The position numbers and the translations under genes were made by a program. A stretch of DNA of 63,462 nt, counting the filler, from Octopus bimaculoides (Eukaryota), in NCBI RefSeq assembly GCF_001194135.2. It is 11 parts of 10 records of this genome, joined end to end, with 100 filler letters (N's around TTAATTAATTAA, not from the genome) between each part and the next. Parts side by side here need not be neighbours in the genome. Positions count along the whole stretch, not along the records: positions 60,648 to 62,128 come from NW_026342652.1; positions 62,229 to 63,462 come from NW_026367431.1; 9 more parts are not named here. One strand, given 5' to 3'. Numbering within the stretch: the stretch's first letter is position 1; each line of letters opens with the position of its first letter. The notes under the pieces were generated by a model. That model worked only from the letters and a program-made list of their open reading frames with translations. It did not search any database and had not been told where the DNA came from. Of this stretch, positions 61,901 to 63,462 are shown piece after piece.

Positions 61901-63376
61901 TCATTTAGAAGCTACGCTAAACAGATGTTAGAGAAATCAAAATCAAAATCTGCCAAATAAGTATAGAAAGCAATCCTCAATACCAAATAATGCTTGAAGA
62001 AAAATATGGAGAAAGTTCTCCTTTATGATAGCGGGGAAAGTGGTGATAGTGAAGACGATAAAAAAATGTTCCGGAAACAGGCGTAGGAGTGGTTGTGTGG
62101 TAAGTAGCTTGCCTACCAACCACATGGTNNNNNNNNNNNNNNNNNNNNNNNNNNNNNNNNNNNNNNNNNNNNTTAATTAATTAANNNNNNNNNNNNNNNN
62201 NNNNNNNNNNNNNNNNNNNNNNNNNNNNATCTCGCTCGATTAAAAATGGGGAAGGCTGGTTTATGGGATTACCCTAGGGTTCCTCTCCATAAAAGGTTTA
62301 GCTTTATGGCGTATCATCAGATCCTAAAAGCCTGTTGGCCCATGACCTCTTTTATATAGATTAATCGCCAACATAATGTGACAGTCCTGGTTAGGATGAA
62401 TGTTACTGTTATTTAGCCCCAGGAAGCATCGTCTCCAGCTGGCTATACAATACACTATTTGTATTCTTATATTTTCGAACAAGGGAGTTTGGCGTCCCCA
62501 TCACCTAACTTGGAGCCTGCAATTCACTTGGATCTGGAGTCTATTGAGTGCAGTGCAGTGTTTGTACCCATGTGCAACCTTGAGGACTCATTGAATATTT
62601 AGTTGGCCCATTTGTGATTGTATGCACAACTGGAGGATAAACCTGTGTTTACTTCAGTAAGTATGTATTTGTCCTCAGACATTGTTTGTACATGATAGCA
62701 ATATCACCAACCTGACCTTGGTGTTTTACTATTTAAGTGCCTGATTCTCTTCAATACTGAAAATTTTNNNNNNNNNNNTGTGTGTGTGTGTGTGTGTCTC
62801 CCACCACTGCTCGACAACTGGTGTTGGTGTATTTACATCCAGTAACTTAGCAGTTTGGCAAAAGAATCTGATAGAATAAATCGTCGGTTAAAAACAATTA
62901 ATACTGAGACTGATTCATNNNNNNNNNNNNNNNNNNNNNNNNNNNNNNNNNNNNNNNNNNNNNNNNNNNNNNNNNNNNNNNNNNNNNNNNNNNNNNNNNN
63001 NNNNNNNNNNNNNNNNNNNNNNNNNNNNNNNNNNNNNNNNNNNNNNNNNNNNNNTGCTTCCAAACCATGTGGTTTTGGGTTCACTGGACAAGCATTGTCA
63101 ACCATAGCACCAGGTTGGCCAATTCCCTGTGAATGGACTTGGTTGATGGAAACTATGTGGAAGCCTTTCCTATACATTCATACATATATGTGTGTGTGTC
63201 TTTGGTTGTCAAGCAATGGTGGGTTGTAAGCACAATACAGTGTTGATGACCACATAACTTAGGGTTGTGTCCCTACTAAGGAACTCATTTGTAAAAACGA
63301 ACACCACTGGCAGGAACCAGAGTAGAAATAGCAACACCTTTTCCATCAGTTCACCAAAAGCCCGGTAGATACTCAC

Positions 63377-63455
63377 CCATTTAGCAGAATGGCTGCAGTT
63401 GTCTTTACATTTTTTGGCCAAGATACAGGCATCATATATTTTAGCCAGCTTCTGT
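63377..63455 (-). CDS. Candidate 79-nt exon of an unidentified minus-strand gene
   Basis: The minus strand reads ttttcag|ACAGAAGCTGG...GCTAAATGG|gtgagt. Two frames are open (QKLAKIYDACILAKKCKDNCSHSAKW or RSWLKYMMPVSWPKNVKTTAAILLN). No homolog recognised, and the acceptor tract is cut off by the window edge. Confidence 0.35.
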
Positions 63456-63462
63456 CTGAAAA

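Overview
AT-rich, gap-ridden eukaryotic draft-genome window. The SINE families, microsatellite load and TE spectrum look like an octopus (coleoid cephalopod) genome; this assignment is inferred from repeat recognition, not a search. The only confidently recognisable host gene is carnosine N-methyltransferase (CARNMT1/C9orf41-like), seen as two phase-compatible + strand exons (29528-29706 and 43987-44100) separated by a ~14.3 kb intron. Its other exons were not found, so most of the window is probably intronic. The rest is a dense TE graveyard: CR1-, RTE- and Tx1-type LINE remnants, three Penelope-like (PLE) remnants, two DD34D-type mariners, a DD37D maT-type element, a Tigger/pogo remnant, several tRNA-derived SINE families, MITE/Helitron-like ends and many micro/minisatellites. 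Almost all ORFs in the supplied track are microsatellite or N-gap artefacts. The TTAATTAATTAA words inside N-runs are assembly spacers. No intact RNA gene, CRISPR array or prokaryotic feature is present. I found no clear new multi-gene system. The best leads are RNA-level or TE-biology observations: nested inverted repeats bracketing a CARNMT1 exon, a near-intact minimal hammerhead ribozyme, SINEs with duplicated or Tx1-like tails, and a candidate antisense exon at the window end.
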